From: Escherichia coli
GTDB taxonomy: Bacteria; Pseudomonadota; Gammaproteobacteria; Enterobacterales; Enterobacteriaceae
Assembly (NCBI RefSeq): GCF_003991155.1
Contig: NZ_CP031293.1
Reading direction: 5' to 3' (one strand)
DNA: 64,000 nt
Below are positions 21,099-32,153 of this stretch, one piece after another (position 1 is the stretch's first letter; the number at the start of each line of letters is the position of its first letter). Below the pieces are notes generated by a model. It saw only the letters and a program-made list of their open reading frames with translations. It was not told the origin of the DNA and searched no databases. A program made the position numbers and the translations under genes.

Positions 21099-22349
21099 AT
21101 GGACATCATGAGAAGTATAGTGGGAATGGCAGTATTGCTGATAATTGCATTTCTACTATCAGTGAATAAAAAACGTATCAGTTTACGTACCACAGGAGCT
21201 GCACTGGTTCTTCAAATCGCGATTGGTGGGATCATGCTCTATTTCCCCCCGGGGAAATGGCTGGTTGAACAGGCTGCACTGGGCGTACATAAAATTATGT
21301 CTTACAGTGATGCGGGCAGTGCCTTTATTTTTGGCTCTCTGGTAGGGGACAAAATGGACGTACTGTTCGATGGGGCGGGTTTTATCTTCGCCTTCCGTGT
21401 ACTTCCTGCCATCATTTTTGTTACAGCGCTTATCAGTCTGCTGTACTACATCAGAGTGATGGGGGGGCTTATCCGTATTCTGGGGGGGATTTTTCAGAAA
21501 GCTCTGAACATAAGTAAAGTTGAGTCATTTGTGGCAGTAACGACAATTTTCCTGGGGCAAAACGAGATCCCGGCAATTGTAAAACCGTTTATTAATCGTC
21601 TGAATCGTAATGAATTATTTACTGTCATCTGCAGTGGGATGGCTTCGATTGCCGGTTCAATGATGATCGGCTATGCCGGGATGGGGGTTCCGATTGACTA
21701 TTTGCTGGCGGCGTCGTTGATGGCGATCCCGGGGGGGATCCTTTTTGCCCGTATTCTGAGTCCGGCCACAGAAGAATCAAAAGTCACTTTTGAAAATCTT
21801 TCTTTCACTGATACTCCTCCCAAAAGTGTTATTGAAGCAGTGGCCAGCGGGGCGATGACCGGGTTGAAAATCGCTGTCGGAGTTGCAACGGTAGTGATGA
21901 CCTTTGTTGCTATTATTGCTCTGATTAACGGTATAATCGGTGGTATCGGAGGCTGGTTTGGTTATGGTAATATTACCCTTGAGGGCATTTTCGGCTGGAT
22001 TTTGGCTCCCCTTGCGTGGATCATGGGCGTTGACTGGGCGGATGCTTCACTGGCAGGAAGTCTGATTGGTCAGAAGCTGGCAATTAACGAATTTGTTGCT
22101 TATCTCAATCTTTCACCCTATTTACAGCCAGGCAGTACGCTTGATGTGAAAACCACCGCAATTATTTCTTTTGCACTGTGTGGTTTTGCCAACTTTGGCT
22201 CCATTGGTGTGGTGGTGGGTGCCTTTTCAGCCATATCACCTCAGCGTGCACCTGAAATTGCACAACTGGGCATGCGTGCACTGGCGGCGGCCACCCTGTC
22301 AAACCTGATGAGTGCGACTATCGCTGGTTTTTTCATTGGGCTGGCATAA
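21099..22349 (+). CDS. NupC-family nucleoside transporter (PsuT/YeiM-like)
   Basis: 416-aa polytopic membrane protein with NupC-like sequence. Confidence 0.8.
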   Translation: MDIMRSIVGMAVLLIIAFLLSVNKKRISLRTTGAALVLQIAIGGIMLYFPPGKWLVEQAALGVHKIMSYSDAGSAFIFGSLVGDKMDVLFDGAGFIFAFRVLPAIIFVTALISLLYYIRVMGGLIRILGGIFQKALNISKVESFVAVTTIFLGQNEIPAIVKPFINRLNRNELFTVICSGMASIAGSMMIGYAGMGVPIDYLLAASLMAIPGGILFARILSPATEESKVTFENLSFTDTPPKSVIEAVASGAMTGLKIAVGVATVVMTFVAIIALINGIIGGIGGWFGYGNITLEGIFGWILAPLAWIMGVDWADASLAGSLIGQKLAINEFVAYLNLSPYLQPGSTLDVKTTAIISFALCGFANFGSIGVVVGAFSAISPQRAPEIAQLGMRALAAATLSNLMSATIAGFFIGLA

Positions 22350-22367
22350 AAAATACAATCCCGGGTG

Positions 22368-23462
22368 TTACCCCCGGGATGTTTTTAACAGATATTGCGC
22401 GTTATTAACGGAAAGTGTTGGGTTATTGATGCTGGTGCTGGCACGTGACAGTGCTGCACATGCCATCGCAAAGTGAGCACTTTCCTGGAAACTACTTCCT
22501 TCCAGAAAACTGTAAAGCAGACCTGCCATAAAGCCATCATCTGCACCAAAGCTGTCCACAACGGCATGAACGGGCGGTGTGAGCAGAAATTGTTCTCCCT
22601 CTCTTTGGCTACAGAAAACGGATTCATCTCCCATCCAGACAAAAATCTGTTGCACACCCTGCTGATGTAGTGCGTTCACTGCGGTGAGTAGATCGGTCTC
22701 ATTGTTGACAGGGGAACCCCATAATATCTCCAGTTCTTTTTGTGTGGGTTTCAGGGTATGGATATGCGGAAGCCAGTTTTTTACATTAACAGCCTTAAAT
22801 TTCGACACTGTATCAATAAAAACGGGAATGCCGTCAGCGACCGTAAAGATCCATTCAAGGGCGGCAGGTGTCAGATTACAGTCAGCCAGCACCACGCCAG
22901 CGTGACGGATTAACATACGTGAGGCGTCCAGCAACTGCGGCGTCAGTTGTTGCAGAATATGGGTATCATTAATCGCCATCACTGTTTCTGCCTGTAGGTC
23001 GGCGATGGAGACATAAGTTGAAGTATTTTGTCCGTTCAGTCGAATACAATTGGTGACATTAACGCCGGCCAGGCGGGTCTGCTCCAGTAATGTTTCGCCA
23101 TAAAAATCATTGCCTACAGCAGATATCAGATGCACATTGCGGCCCAGAAGGGCGAGATTATGGGCGATGTTGCGTCCGACACCTCCGGCAGAGCAGTAAA
23201 TACTGCCCGGACTGGAGGATTTCTGTGGATAATGGATATCCGCCACCCCACGGATATCCATGTTAATCGCCCCAAGAACAACACAGTATTCCTGTTCTGT
23301 CAGGATGTAGCCTTTCCCTTTAATCGCACCTTTGCGCATCAGATCCATAATGTGTGCAGCAACACGCGACCGACTGATTTGTAAAATCTCAGCAATTTCA
23401 TTCTGCTGGATCAGTGGGTTGTGACGCAGGATCCTGAGTATCTCTTTTTCTCTGTTGTCCAT
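22368..23462 (-). CDS. HTH-domain + PfkB kinase fusion protein (YeiI-like)
   Basis: 364 aa; N-terminal winged-helix (ILRILRHNPLIQQNEIAEILQISRSRVAAHI) plus PfkB kinase motifs. Confidence 0.75.
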   Translation of the reverse strand: MDNREKEILRILRHNPLIQQNEIAEILQISRSRVAAHIMDLMRKGAIKGKGYILTEQEYCVVLGAINMDIRGVADIHYPQKSSSPGSIYCSAGGVGRNIAHNLALLGRNVHLISAVGNDFYGETLLEQTRLAGVNVTNCIRLNGQNTSTYVSIADLQAETVMAINDTHILQQLTPQLLDASRMLIRHAGVVLADCNLTPAALEWIFTVADGIPVFIDTVSKFKAVNVKNWLPHIHTLKPTQKELEILWGSPVNNETDLLTAVNALHQQGVQQIFVWMGDESVFCSQREGEQFLLTPPVHAVVDSFGADDGFMAGLLYSFLEGSSFQESAHFAMACAALSRASTSINNPTLSVNNAQYLLKTSRG

Positions 23463-23900
23463 GATTATGCAACTGCCTGTTCGGTTTTTCGTCAGCGATC
23501 ATCAAAGTAAATAGCTTCGTTTTTCCCGGTGAACGTGAAGCTAGGGGAGATTATACTTCCGGATGTTCATTCAGGGCAGAAGAATAATACATCAGTTAAT
23601 TTTCTGTTAGTACTTTGTAGTCGAATGTTTGGGGAGTGTGTCTGAATGACAGCCAGATGGAATGACTTTTTGTAGCCAGGTCATGACTACGACTCATACG
23701 CTATTCTTAATTCTTATTTCTTTCCATTATACGCAAGTATTTTTAATTTAGGTTTATTACTATAATTATATTCACTTTGTCTTTATTCACTCTGTTTTTA
23801 CTTACTCTCTATCTTTACTCATTCCATTACTCTGACCCTCACCCGATTATACTTACTCCCTTCCTTGTCTAATCTTCATTGCCACCATTATCATGGTATC

Positions 23901-23927
23901 CACCTTCTCCACCTTCTCCACCTTCTC
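23901..23927. repeat. Tandem repeat 3 x CACCTTCTC inside a ~200-bp polypyrimidine (CT-rich) tract
   Basis: Direct reading of sequence. Confidence 0.6.
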
Positions 23928-24762
23928 CTTCATTCAATCATAACTACTGTAATTCATACGATACTCAGATAAGTTATTTTACTACGTTGTTGCTAATATC
24001 TACCTGTTATCAGTCTTCACTGAAACAGCAATTGATTTTAGTCATTATCCATAATGAACTGTATTGACTTAACGATGATTGTTGTTGACCTGAAGTGTTT
24101 TAACTATTCTGGTAAATATCAATACTTCTGTCATCACTGATTAACTGGATGTTTACTCTTTGATAAGGTATCCATGATTTCGTCATGTTTAACAGCGCAG
24201 GATAAACAATGAAATTAACAGAGTGAATTCCTGATTATATTTGTTCGTTTCTGATTATCTTGTATGTTAAACAAAATGAAAATTATCCATCCATGGTATA
24301 TTTTATTCTGGTACCGTGTACCCGTTAACGCTCATGTTTTGAAGTGAGTTGTTTTTAACAGATTAAATGAGAGTGTATGATTTTATCAGGTTACAGATAT
24401 GTGTTGGCCTTGTACACGTTTTTGCAGACTCACTGAGAGCAAGTTTGTAGTTTATGATGTGATTGGTCGCAATATGTTTCTTAATCTCCAGGTAGTGGGG
24501 TTTTAGCTCGTATTTTACAGTATTTCGTGATGTTTTATTGAGTCTGTATTTTCTTTACTCCTCGTTTATCTCATCTCTTTAGCTAATACCATCAGATAAT
24601 CCATTTCTTTCTGCATAATGCTGCGTATCGTTAATAACCCGTCGTATCCATTCTGCTACAGCATGCCTGATAAATACCATCTGTAAGTTATTACCGTTAT
24701 GAGCGAAAGCATTAATTCGTTCACAGAGCTTAAAACATCATTAACTTTCAGGAGTCATCAAC

Positions 24763-25329
24763 ATGCCTAAATCTTACACACCAAACTGGTTTTTTACCGC
24801 TTTACTTGACAATCACATCAATCAAATGCTGGCACGTTATTCCTGCCTGCGAGCTTTACGGATGGATTTCTTCTACAGGAAAGATACGCCTGATTTCTTA
24901 CAACCTGATCATCGCTGGCTTGAATTGCAGTTGCGTATGATGCTGGAACAGGTTGAACAATTTGAAAATATCGTTGGCTTCTTCTGGGTGATTGAATGGA
25001 CGGCTGATCATGGTTTTCATGCGCATGCGGTTTTCTGGATCGATCGTCAGAGGGTTAAAAAAATATATCCCTTTGCGGAGCGGATTACGGAATGCTGGCG
25101 GTCTATTACGCATAACAGCGGTTCGGTACATCGCTGTACATATCAGCCGCATTATACATACAACATCAACATTCCTGTGCGCCACAACGATCCTGAAAGC
25201 ATCAATAATATTCGCGGTGCCCTGCATTATCTGGCGAAAGAAGAGCAAAAAGACGGGTTGTGTGCCTACGGCTGCAATGAAGTTCCTGAACGTCCTGCTG
25301 CAGGGCGTCCTCGTAAGCCTCACTTCTGA
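24763..25329 (+). CDS. YagK/YfjJ-family protein (paralog)
   Basis: 188 aa; …LRALRMDFFYRKD… motif; upstream region similar to that of the 16912 gene. Confidence 0.5.
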   Translation: MPKSYTPNWFFTALLDNHINQMLARYSCLRALRMDFFYRKDTPDFLQPDHRWLELQLRMMLEQVEQFENIVGFFWVIEWTADHGFHAHAVFWIDRQRVKKIYPFAERITECWRSITHNSGSVHRCTYQPHYTYNINIPVRHNDPESINNIRGALHYLAKEEQKDGLCAYGCNEVPERPAAGRPRKPHF

Positions 25330-25575
25330 AGCTTAAGGCCTGAGCCTCCGCTCCTGGAAACACTCCGTCGGTAAAACCTTACCACCTTGCTTAATGATGT
25401 GAACTGAAGTCAACGGAGATCATTCATCCTGAACCTGAATCCGGTGTTCTGTCCCTTATCTTCCCGTTCTGCTTCAGTTCTTCACTTATTCCATCAACCC
25501 CATCCGCAAACCATAACACGTCAGCGCATCCACGGGCAGGACGCGTTGTGGGCTGCGCATAACGGAACATATCTT

Positions 25576-25959
25576 ATGAATGCTATTCCTTATTTCGACT
25601 ATAGCCTGGCACCCTTCTGGCCATCTTATCAGAACAAAGTCATCGGCGTCCTTGAGCGTGCGCTACGTGAGCAGTCCTGCGCCCGGGTACGGCGGATCCT
25701 GCTTCGCCTGCCGGGGGAACATGACAACATCTTCAGTGACAGAAAAACCTGGTTCGGTATGGCCTTTATCGAAACTGTCAGTGCGCTGATGAATGCAACC
25801 CCCGGACGCGACCTCTGCTGGCTCCTGACCCGTCATCCTGAAAAGCCGGAATACCACGTGGTGCTGTGTGTCAGACAGGAGTATTTCGACGGCCCTGAAC
25901 TGGACCGGCTGATTCTGGATGCCTGGAGCAACGTACTGGGCTTCGCGTCACCGGGTTAA
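25576..25959 (+). CDS. YagK/YfjJ-family-like protein, short (paralog or fragment)
   Basis: ORF 25444..25959 trimmed to Met45; …ARVRRILLRLPGEHD… and …YHVVLCV… motifs. Confidence 0.4.
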   Translation: MNAIPYFDYSLAPFWPSYQNKVIGVLERALREQSCARVRRILLRLPGEHDNIFSDRKTWFGMAFIETVSALMNATPGRDLCWLLTRHPEKPEYHVVLCVRQEYFDGPELDRLILDAWSNVLGFASPG

Positions 25960-26219
25960 GCAAAGCCGTATCAGAAGCAGATCACCCGGGATGTAGTACT
26001 GGACAGTCGTTCGCCGGACTGCGAAGACCTGTTTAAAGACCTGATCTGGGCATTCAGCGATTTTGCCCGCGATCGTCGTGGTGTGTGCGATCCGGAAGCT
26101 CGTTGCCTTGCCGGTAATCCCGGGTATCCCGGATCTGCAGGACCGTTCTGAAAACACGGCTCAGCATCTTCTTCCGCATTTGCACAACCTTCATAAATCT
26201 CACAAAGGACATTCTGACC

Positions 26220-26453
26220 ATGTTGACCACAACAAACCACGACAGCGTGTTGCTGCGTGCCGACGATCCCCTGATCGACATGAACTACATCACCAGTTTC
26301 ACTGGCATGACAGATAAATGGTTTTACAAGCTGATCAGTGAAGGCCATTTCCCTAAACCCATCAAACTGGGGCGCAGCAGCCGCTGGTACAAAAGTGAGG
26401 TGGAGCAGTGGATGCAGCAACGAATCGAGGAATCCCGGGGGGCAGCAGCATGA
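26220..26453 (+). CDS. AlpA-family phage/island transcriptional regulator
   Basis: …MNYITSFTGMTDKWFYKLISEGHFPKPIKLGRSSRWYKSEVEQWM… is a typical AlpA HTH. Confidence 0.7.
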   Translation: MLTTTNHDSVLLRADDPLIDMNYITSFTGMTDKWFYKLISEGHFPKPIKLGRSSRWYKSEVEQWMQQRIEESRGAAA

Positions 26454-26704
26454 AACGTGTTGTAATGCCGGCGCTGGTATTGCGGAAATCAGCCCTGTCC
26501 CCGATGCTGGCGACACTCCCGCTCATCTTTCAGCTGACTCCTCTGGTCAGCCAACTGTTTGTCATCATTTCCTGACTGATTCGTCATTCCCTTCGTCCCG
26601 CCAGTCGCTGGTGTTTGTATTGTACCGTGCCGGTGTTGATGTGCGCTTTCCGTGTGTCTGCACCGGCTTAACAAAATTCAACAGGGTTTGAAAAGGAACA
26701 TTTC

Positions 26705-27253
26705 GTGCAAATAACCGAAGCCTTAATTTCAGAGCCGGGAGACATCCGGCGTTTTGTTCAGCAGGCGGTGGACCACTGGCCGCATCTGCTGGCATTTTAC
26801 TTCACACTCCATTCGGCAGAAGGAAATATCAACGGGCGACAGATTCATGCATTCTGTACTTCCTTTTACCGACAGGTGCACGAACGTATTACTGAGCGTA
26901 ATCACACGGCCAGTCCATCCTCGCCGGTGGTATTACGCTGGTTGCGGGAACAACATGGAGGAGCAACAATACGATGCCTGTTGCTGCTCAGCCAGACGAG
27001 CATTTGCCATCCGCGGGCCAGTGCCACGGTTGATGAACAATGTTCGCAAGTGGTGGATTTGCTGCAACAGAGCTGGCAGGTGATAAGTGCTGGCGGACAA
27101 TGCCGGGTGGAAAGGTGTTTTCGGGTTGCCCGGGGTGATACATCCGGCCAGTATGTTGCGTTAAAAACAGTCGCATTGTCTCTGGGGTTACCGGTTGTGA
27201 CCGCCATTACCCATCGTCCGGTACAGCGCTGTACATTGATTACAGCTCAGTGA
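26705..27253 (+). CDS. Hypothetical protein (possibly degenerate YagK/YfjJ-family)
   Basis: 182-aa ORF downstream of alpA. Confidence 0.4.
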   Translation: MQITEALISEPGDIRRFVQQAVDHWPHLLAFYFTLHSAEGNINGRQIHAFCTSFYRQVHERITERNHTASPSSPVVLRWLREQHGGATIRCLLLLSQTSICHPRASATVDEQCSQVVDLLQQSWQVISAGGQCRVERCFRVARGDTSGQYVALKTVALSLGLPVVTAITHRPVQRCTLITAQ

Positions 27254-27484
27254 ATCAGCGCTTTCTGGCTTTTCGTCGGTCATTCTGTCAACGCCACGAT
27301 GTTTGACCGTTATGGGGATGCGGACGATTTCCTGCACAGCGTTGTTTCACGGTGGTGGATGATGCAGCACCGCTGTTAAAAACAGTCGTTCAGTCCTTTG
27401 TGTTACCGGTTATGACAACAATCAGCTGGTGATGGTCGTGTGAACCAGCTGCGCTTCCGTTGATTCTTATGGACTGATAAAGTT

Positions 27485-27859
27485 TTGTCTGCTGAATCTT
27501 TATACGGAATTCTTTTCAGTATGCGTACACGAATTGATTATCTGGCGGATAAATACAGTTTTACTGAGCTGAATGAGTCTCCCCGTCTTCGCCGGCAGTG
27601 GCAGGATGTTCTGGAGGAGTGTCGGCAGACAGAGGCAGGGCCAGAAGAACGGTTGCGTATTGCACTGTTGAATGTGGATTACGTCACCAGTTTTGAACTG
27701 CCTTTTCGCTTGTTGCTTACCCGTACACCACAACTGACTGCTATGCTGCGTGAAGAATGGGATATCAGCCAGAAAAATGTGGTGTTCAACGATAAACGCT
27801 TTGGCTGCGTGTACAGCCTGAAGGCCAGTCTTTGTGGTGTGCTTCAGGCCGATGCTTAG
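27485..27859 (+). CDS. Hypothetical protein
   Basis: 124-aa ORF; no family recognised. Confidence 0.35.
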   Translation: MSAESLYGILFSMRTRIDYLADKYSFTELNESPRLRRQWQDVLEECRQTEAGPEERLRIALLNVDYVTSFELPFRLLLTRTPQLTAMLREEWDISQKNVVFNDKRFGCVYSLKASLCGVLQADA

Positions 27860-27862
27860 GCG

Positions 27863-28315
27863 TTATACGAATCCGGCAGAGTAACGGAAGCCGCGTGTAT
27901 GGCTCATTCCCGGAGAAGAATCCACGATGTGCATGTAAGAGTGCCAACCGACATCACCACGGAAGCCCTGCAGCGTATCGGCAATGGTTTGTTCCAGACC
28001 ATGCCGCTTACAGACCTCGAAATCAGTCACCGTGCAAGGTTCATAACCGCCAATCTGAAATGCCACCACCACAAAATCGGCATCCTGTAAGGCTTCTTTC
28101 TGTTGGGTGTGGCAGGTGATTTTGCCGCTGGCCCCTGCTGAATCCATCAGCTTACGCACCACAATATGCGACTCTTCCCGGCGGGTGGGATCAATGTCCA
28201 TCAGGGCAATATGCGCCGTTTTCAGCGCCTCACGATGGAACACATCACCAAGAATATTTTTAACGAAAATCGTCGAACCAGCGCCGATAAATGTAATTTT
28301 GGGTGCAGACATCAT
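27863..28315 (-). pseudogene. melA: 5' fragment of alpha-galactosidase gene melA (GH4)
   Basis: MMSAPKITFIGAGSTIFVKNILGDVFHREALKTAHIALMDIDP… matches the MelA N-terminus; reading frame ends after ~150 codons. Confidence 0.7.
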
Positions 28316-28596
28316 GCAGATCTCCTGGCTTGCTTGATAACTTCATCATGGCAGGCGAATCTGCAGAAAACCTCCGGCTTCCAGATTGAGAATTCCCATA
28401 AACTCAGATCCTGCGTGAAGCATCAGTAAATCTGAGTTTATGGGAATAAATTACCTGAAAAGAAGAGTTTTCGGCCTCATGATGCTCGGACGGACCCCTC
28501 TCCTCTCTGGGTAGAGGGTGAAAACCGTGCTCCCACTCGCAGTCATCCTCCCTCACTCCTGCCATAATTCTGATATTCCAGGAAAGAGAGCCATCC

Positions 28597-28764
28597 ATGA
28601 ATACAGATCTCTTTATGTGCAGCAGTGCTTTAATCATCCCCGTGCCAGTAATAGCAGGGGTGAAAGATCTCGAAATAACACTGATAATCAGGGCGACGAT
28701 CCCAGCCGGCTTCGCGTTTTTATCGCTGCCTGCCGCGCCTTTCTTCTCCAGCAGCACATTATAG
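28597..28764 (+). pseudogene. melR: Degenerate 5' end of melR (AraC-family melibiose regulator)
   Basis: Frame begins MNTDLFMCSS (MelR N-terminus) then diverges; divergent from the melA fragment across a ~280-bp gap, as in the mel locus. Confidence 0.35.
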
Positions 28765-28801
28765 AGCAGGCGATAAACCTGCTGTACCTCATTACCAATA
28801 A

Positions 28802-28978
28802 CTATCTGGAACTGAAGCCTTTCTCCACCACGCAGATCAGGCCAGGGAGGGCACCAATCTGCGCATTGTTAACCTTTGAGCTGTCGTTGAACTCGGGGTA
28901 AGCAATGGTGAGCATACGGATGTTTTCCGCACCGCCCATCACGTAGAGGATTTTGTCTGCTGTTTCGTTATAGTTCAT
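28802..28978 (-). pseudogene. Degenerate N-terminal fragment of a glucose-family PTS EIIB domain
   Basis: …ADKILYVMGGAENIRML…KVNNAQIGALPGLICVVEKG resembles BglF-type EIIB but lacks the catalytic Cys motif. Confidence 0.3.
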
Positions 28979-29398
28979 AGTGTCCCCTAGTGTTGGCGCA
29001 AAAAAGACCAAAACGGCAGTGGCAATGGCATTCTCCAGCGTTTAAACGGAGAGCCGGATGCGTTGAAAGGTGCTGCTCCGGTTCGGAGAGGAGATACTGG
29101 GAAATAGTTCGACTACCCCCTATCTCTTACTCTACTCTGGACAGGTTAACGATGAGATACCTCACAGTAATATTTGCTCTGTTCGCAAGAAAGCTAGTGG
29201 GATGGGTAATGTTGTTGGACTGAATCGCCACGGATAATCAGGCATTTCTGAGTTGTTTCAAGAAGGCGGCATTATTTGTGCTGCTCGTATCCCGGTCATC
29301 AGTGAACCGGTGAACGTAAATCAGCCGGAGGCACGATTTGGGCAAAAGAGATTTCCTGACAGGCAAGAAGCCAGCGAATGGCTGGCTTCCTGAAGGAT

Positions 29399-30646
29399 TT
29401 AGCCAAATTTAGGTAACACGTTAAAGACGTTACCGAACCAGCATAAAATTACGGTTATACCAAAGAGAATGACAATCGCCGGAATAAGATTGCCGCCCCA
29501 GACTGTGAACATCTGATTGGGAAATTTCTTGCGGGCTTTGATTGCCAGCACTGCGGGAATAATGACCGCCCAGATGGTGGCGCACAGTCCGGCACCGCCG
29601 ATCCCGTAAATAAAGCCGTTCGGGAAGATCAGATACAACAACGCGGGTGGCAGGAAGGTTAACAGCACGGTTTTGAAACGCCCGGCGTGGGAGTTATCAA
29701 TCTTAAACAGATCCGCCAGATAATCGAACAATCCCAGCGTGACACCAAAGAACGAACTGGCAACAGCTAAGTTAGAGAACACCAGCAGGCAAAACTCGAT
29801 AATCCCATGCTGTTTGGTGCCGAGGAATGATTTCACCAGCGAATCAACGTTGCCGCCTGAGGAGATTATCGCCTTAAAGCTTTCTCGCGGGATATTCCCC
29901 ATCGTGCAATAGAGCCAGAAGAGATAAATCACCAGCGCCAGCAGCGAACCGAAGACCACGCTTTTGATTAGCTTATCTTTGCGTTTTCCATAGCAAATAA
30001 TCAGGCTGGGAATATTGCCGTGGAAACCAAATGACGCCAGACACACCGGCAAAGCCATAAAGATATACGGGAAGTAAGACTTACCCGCAGTGGAGCTGGC
30101 TGCATCGCGCAGAATGGAATAATCGGCCTGGAAGAAGAGAGAGCCAAACACGATCACAAAGGAGATAATCTTCAGCCCGAGGAACAATGAGGTAATACGA
30201 CTGGCGGCTAACGAACTTATCCACAATACGCTGGCAACGAAAATGGCTGTGCAGACTCCGACAATACGTGGATTAGCGTGATAACTCAGATTCATTGATA
30301 TCGTTTCGCTAATGATTGCGCCGTTAGCAGAAATATAGGCATAAGTGAGGATATAGAGAACGAAGGCAACGGTAATACCGCTGATAATGTTCCAGGTGTT
30401 ACCGATTAAATCTTTGGCGATGGTGTTAAAACTGGATCCGACGGGATAGTTTAAATTTGCTTCTAATAACAATAACCCGGAATGAAGCATTGAAAACCAG
30501 GCAATGATAAGGATAAAGGCTCCCCAGAAAAACCAGGCACCGGCAAGATCAACAGGTAAAGCAAACATCCCACCGCCAATTACCGTACCGGCTATAACCA
30601 TAACACCCCAAAATGCAGAGTGTTTTTTTTCAGCTTGTTCAGTCAT
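29399..30646 (-). CDS. tnaB: Low-affinity tryptophan permease TnaB
   Basis: 415 aa; matches E. coli TnaB. Confidence 0.9.
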   Translation of the reverse strand: MTEQAEKKHSAFWGVMVIAGTVIGGGMFALPVDLAGAWFFWGAFILIIAWFSMLHSGLLLLEANLNYPVGSSFNTIAKDLIGNTWNIISGITVAFVLYILTYAYISANGAIISETISMNLSYHANPRIVGVCTAIFVASVLWISSLAASRITSLFLGLKIISFVIVFGSLFFQADYSILRDAASSTAGKSYFPYIFMALPVCLASFGFHGNIPSLIICYGKRKDKLIKSVVFGSLLALVIYLFWLYCTMGNIPRESFKAIISSGGNVDSLVKSFLGTKQHGIIEFCLLVFSNLAVASSFFGVTLGLFDYLADLFKIDNSHAGRFKTVLLTFLPPALLYLIFPNGFIYGIGGAGLCATIWAVIIPAVLAIKARKKFPNQMFTVWGGNLIPAIVILFGITVILCWFGNVFNVLPKFG

Positions 30647-30737
30647 GATGCCACCTTTAGATGAAGGCTATTTTTATTATTGAGGATGTAGGGTAAGAGA
30701 GTGGCTAACATCCTTATAGCCACTCTGAGTGTTTTAA

Positions 30738-32153
30738 TTAAACTTCTTTCAGTTTTGCGGTGAAGTGACGCAATACTTTCGGTTCGTAGGTAAAGGTTAA
30801 CCCTTTAATATTCGCCGCGTTCTCTTTCACATGTTTAAAGGCTTCAATAATGAAGTCCATATGTGTTTGAGTATATGTTGCGCGCGGAATGGTTAAACGC
30901 AGCAGTTCAGCCGGGCATGGCAGTTGTTTACCGGTTTTCGGATCGCGGCCTAACAGGAAAGAGCCAATTTCTACCGCACGGATACCGGCGACTTTATACA
31001 GCTCGCAGGCCAGCGCCTGTGCCGGGAACTGATCTGCCGGGATATGCGGCAGTAGTTTACCGGCATCAACGAATGCCGCGTGACCGCCCGCCTGCTGGCA
31101 GACAACGCCAATCTCTTCCAGGCCATCGACCAGATACTGCACCTGCGCAATACGATAAGCCAGCCAGTCCAGATTCATGCCGTCATACAGACCTACCGCC
31201 AGACGCTCCATAGCGCCGCCTTCCAGGCCGCCATATGTCGGGAAGCCTTCCTGCACCACGCAAAGGGTTCTGCATTCGGTGTACACATCAAAGAAGCTGT
31301 CGTCTTTCATGCACAGCAGGCCGCCCATCGGCACCATCGCATCTTTCTTGGCGGACATCGCCAGCATATCGGCATATTTGTAGGTTTCGCGGGTGATTTG
31401 CTCGATGGTCCAGTCTTTGTATTCTGCTTCACGCTGCTTGATGAAATAGGCGTTTTCGGCAAAGCGTGCGGAGTCCATTACCACCGGAATATCGTATTTC
31501 TTCGCGATGCTGTACATCGCTTTTAAGTTTGCCAGTGAAACCGGCTGACCACCTGCGGAGTTACTGGTGATGGTTGCAACGATATACGGCACGTTATTCG
31601 GGCCAACTTCTTCAATACCGCGTTCTAATCCCTCAAGGTCAAAGTTGCCTTTAAAGTCGTAACGCACGCCCGTATCGAAGGCTTCTTTGATATAGACGTT
31701 ACGCACGGTACAGCCGTTAATCTGGCTATGGCCCTGCGTGGTATCAAAGAAATAGTTAGAGAACGCCACCATTTTGCTGCGATCCAGGCCTTTTTCCTGC
31801 TCGCGTTTTTTAATCAGTACCGGAATATAGATTTGCTCTGCACCACGGCCCTGGTGAGTCGGAATAGTGTATTGATAACCAAAGATATTTTTCACTGACT
31901 CGGCTAACGCGTAGTAGCTGCGGCTGCCGCTGTAAGCTTCGTCGCCGCGCATCATCGCGGCCTGCATACTCTGCGTCACCGCCCCGGTACCGCTGTCGGT
32001 CAGTAAATCGATAAACACATCTTCACTATCCAGCAGGAACGGGTTCATGCCGGCTTTAATAATTGCTTCTTCACGATAAGCGCGAGTGGTACGTTTTACT
32101 GGCTCAATAACACGAATGCGGAACGGTTCAGGGAGATGTTTAAAGTTTTCCAT
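30738..32153 (-). CDS. tnaA: Tryptophanase TnaA
   Basis: ORF 30738..32168 trimmed to [11 protein letters not shown] (471 aa); matches E. coli TnaA. Confidence 0.9.
   Translation of the reverse strand: MENFKHLPEPFRIRVIEPVKRTTRAYREEAIIKAGMNPFLLDSEDVFIDLLTDSGTGAVTQSMQAAMMRGDEAYSGSRSYYALAESVKNIFGYQYTIPTHQGRGAEQIYIPVLIKKREQEKGLDRSKMVAFSNYFFDTTQGHSQINGCTVRNVYIKEAFDTGVRYDFKGNFDLEGLERGIEEVGPNNVPYIVATITSNSAGGQPVSLANLKAMYSIAKKYDIPVVMDSARFAENAYFIKQREAEYKDWTIEQITRETYKYADMLAMSAKKDAMVPMGGLLCMKDDSFFDVYTECRTLCVVQEGFPTYGGLEGGAMERLAVGLYDGMNLDWLAYRIAQVQYLVDGLEEIGVVCQQAGGHAAFVDAGKLLPHIPADQFPAQALACELYKVAGIRAVEIGSFLLGRDPKTGKQLPCPAELLRLTIPRATYTQTHMDFIIEAFKHVKENAANIKGLTFTYEPKVLRHFTAKLKEV

Noticed and set aside
23901-23927. 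Possible CRISPR array
   Set aside because: Only three short 9-bp tandem repeats without spacers; no CRISPR-like repeat-spacer structure found anywhere in the window.
23879-24067. 62-aa ORF encoding a PPSPPSPPSP low-complexity peptide
   Set aside because: Product of translating the CT-rich tandem repeat; low complexity, no start context.
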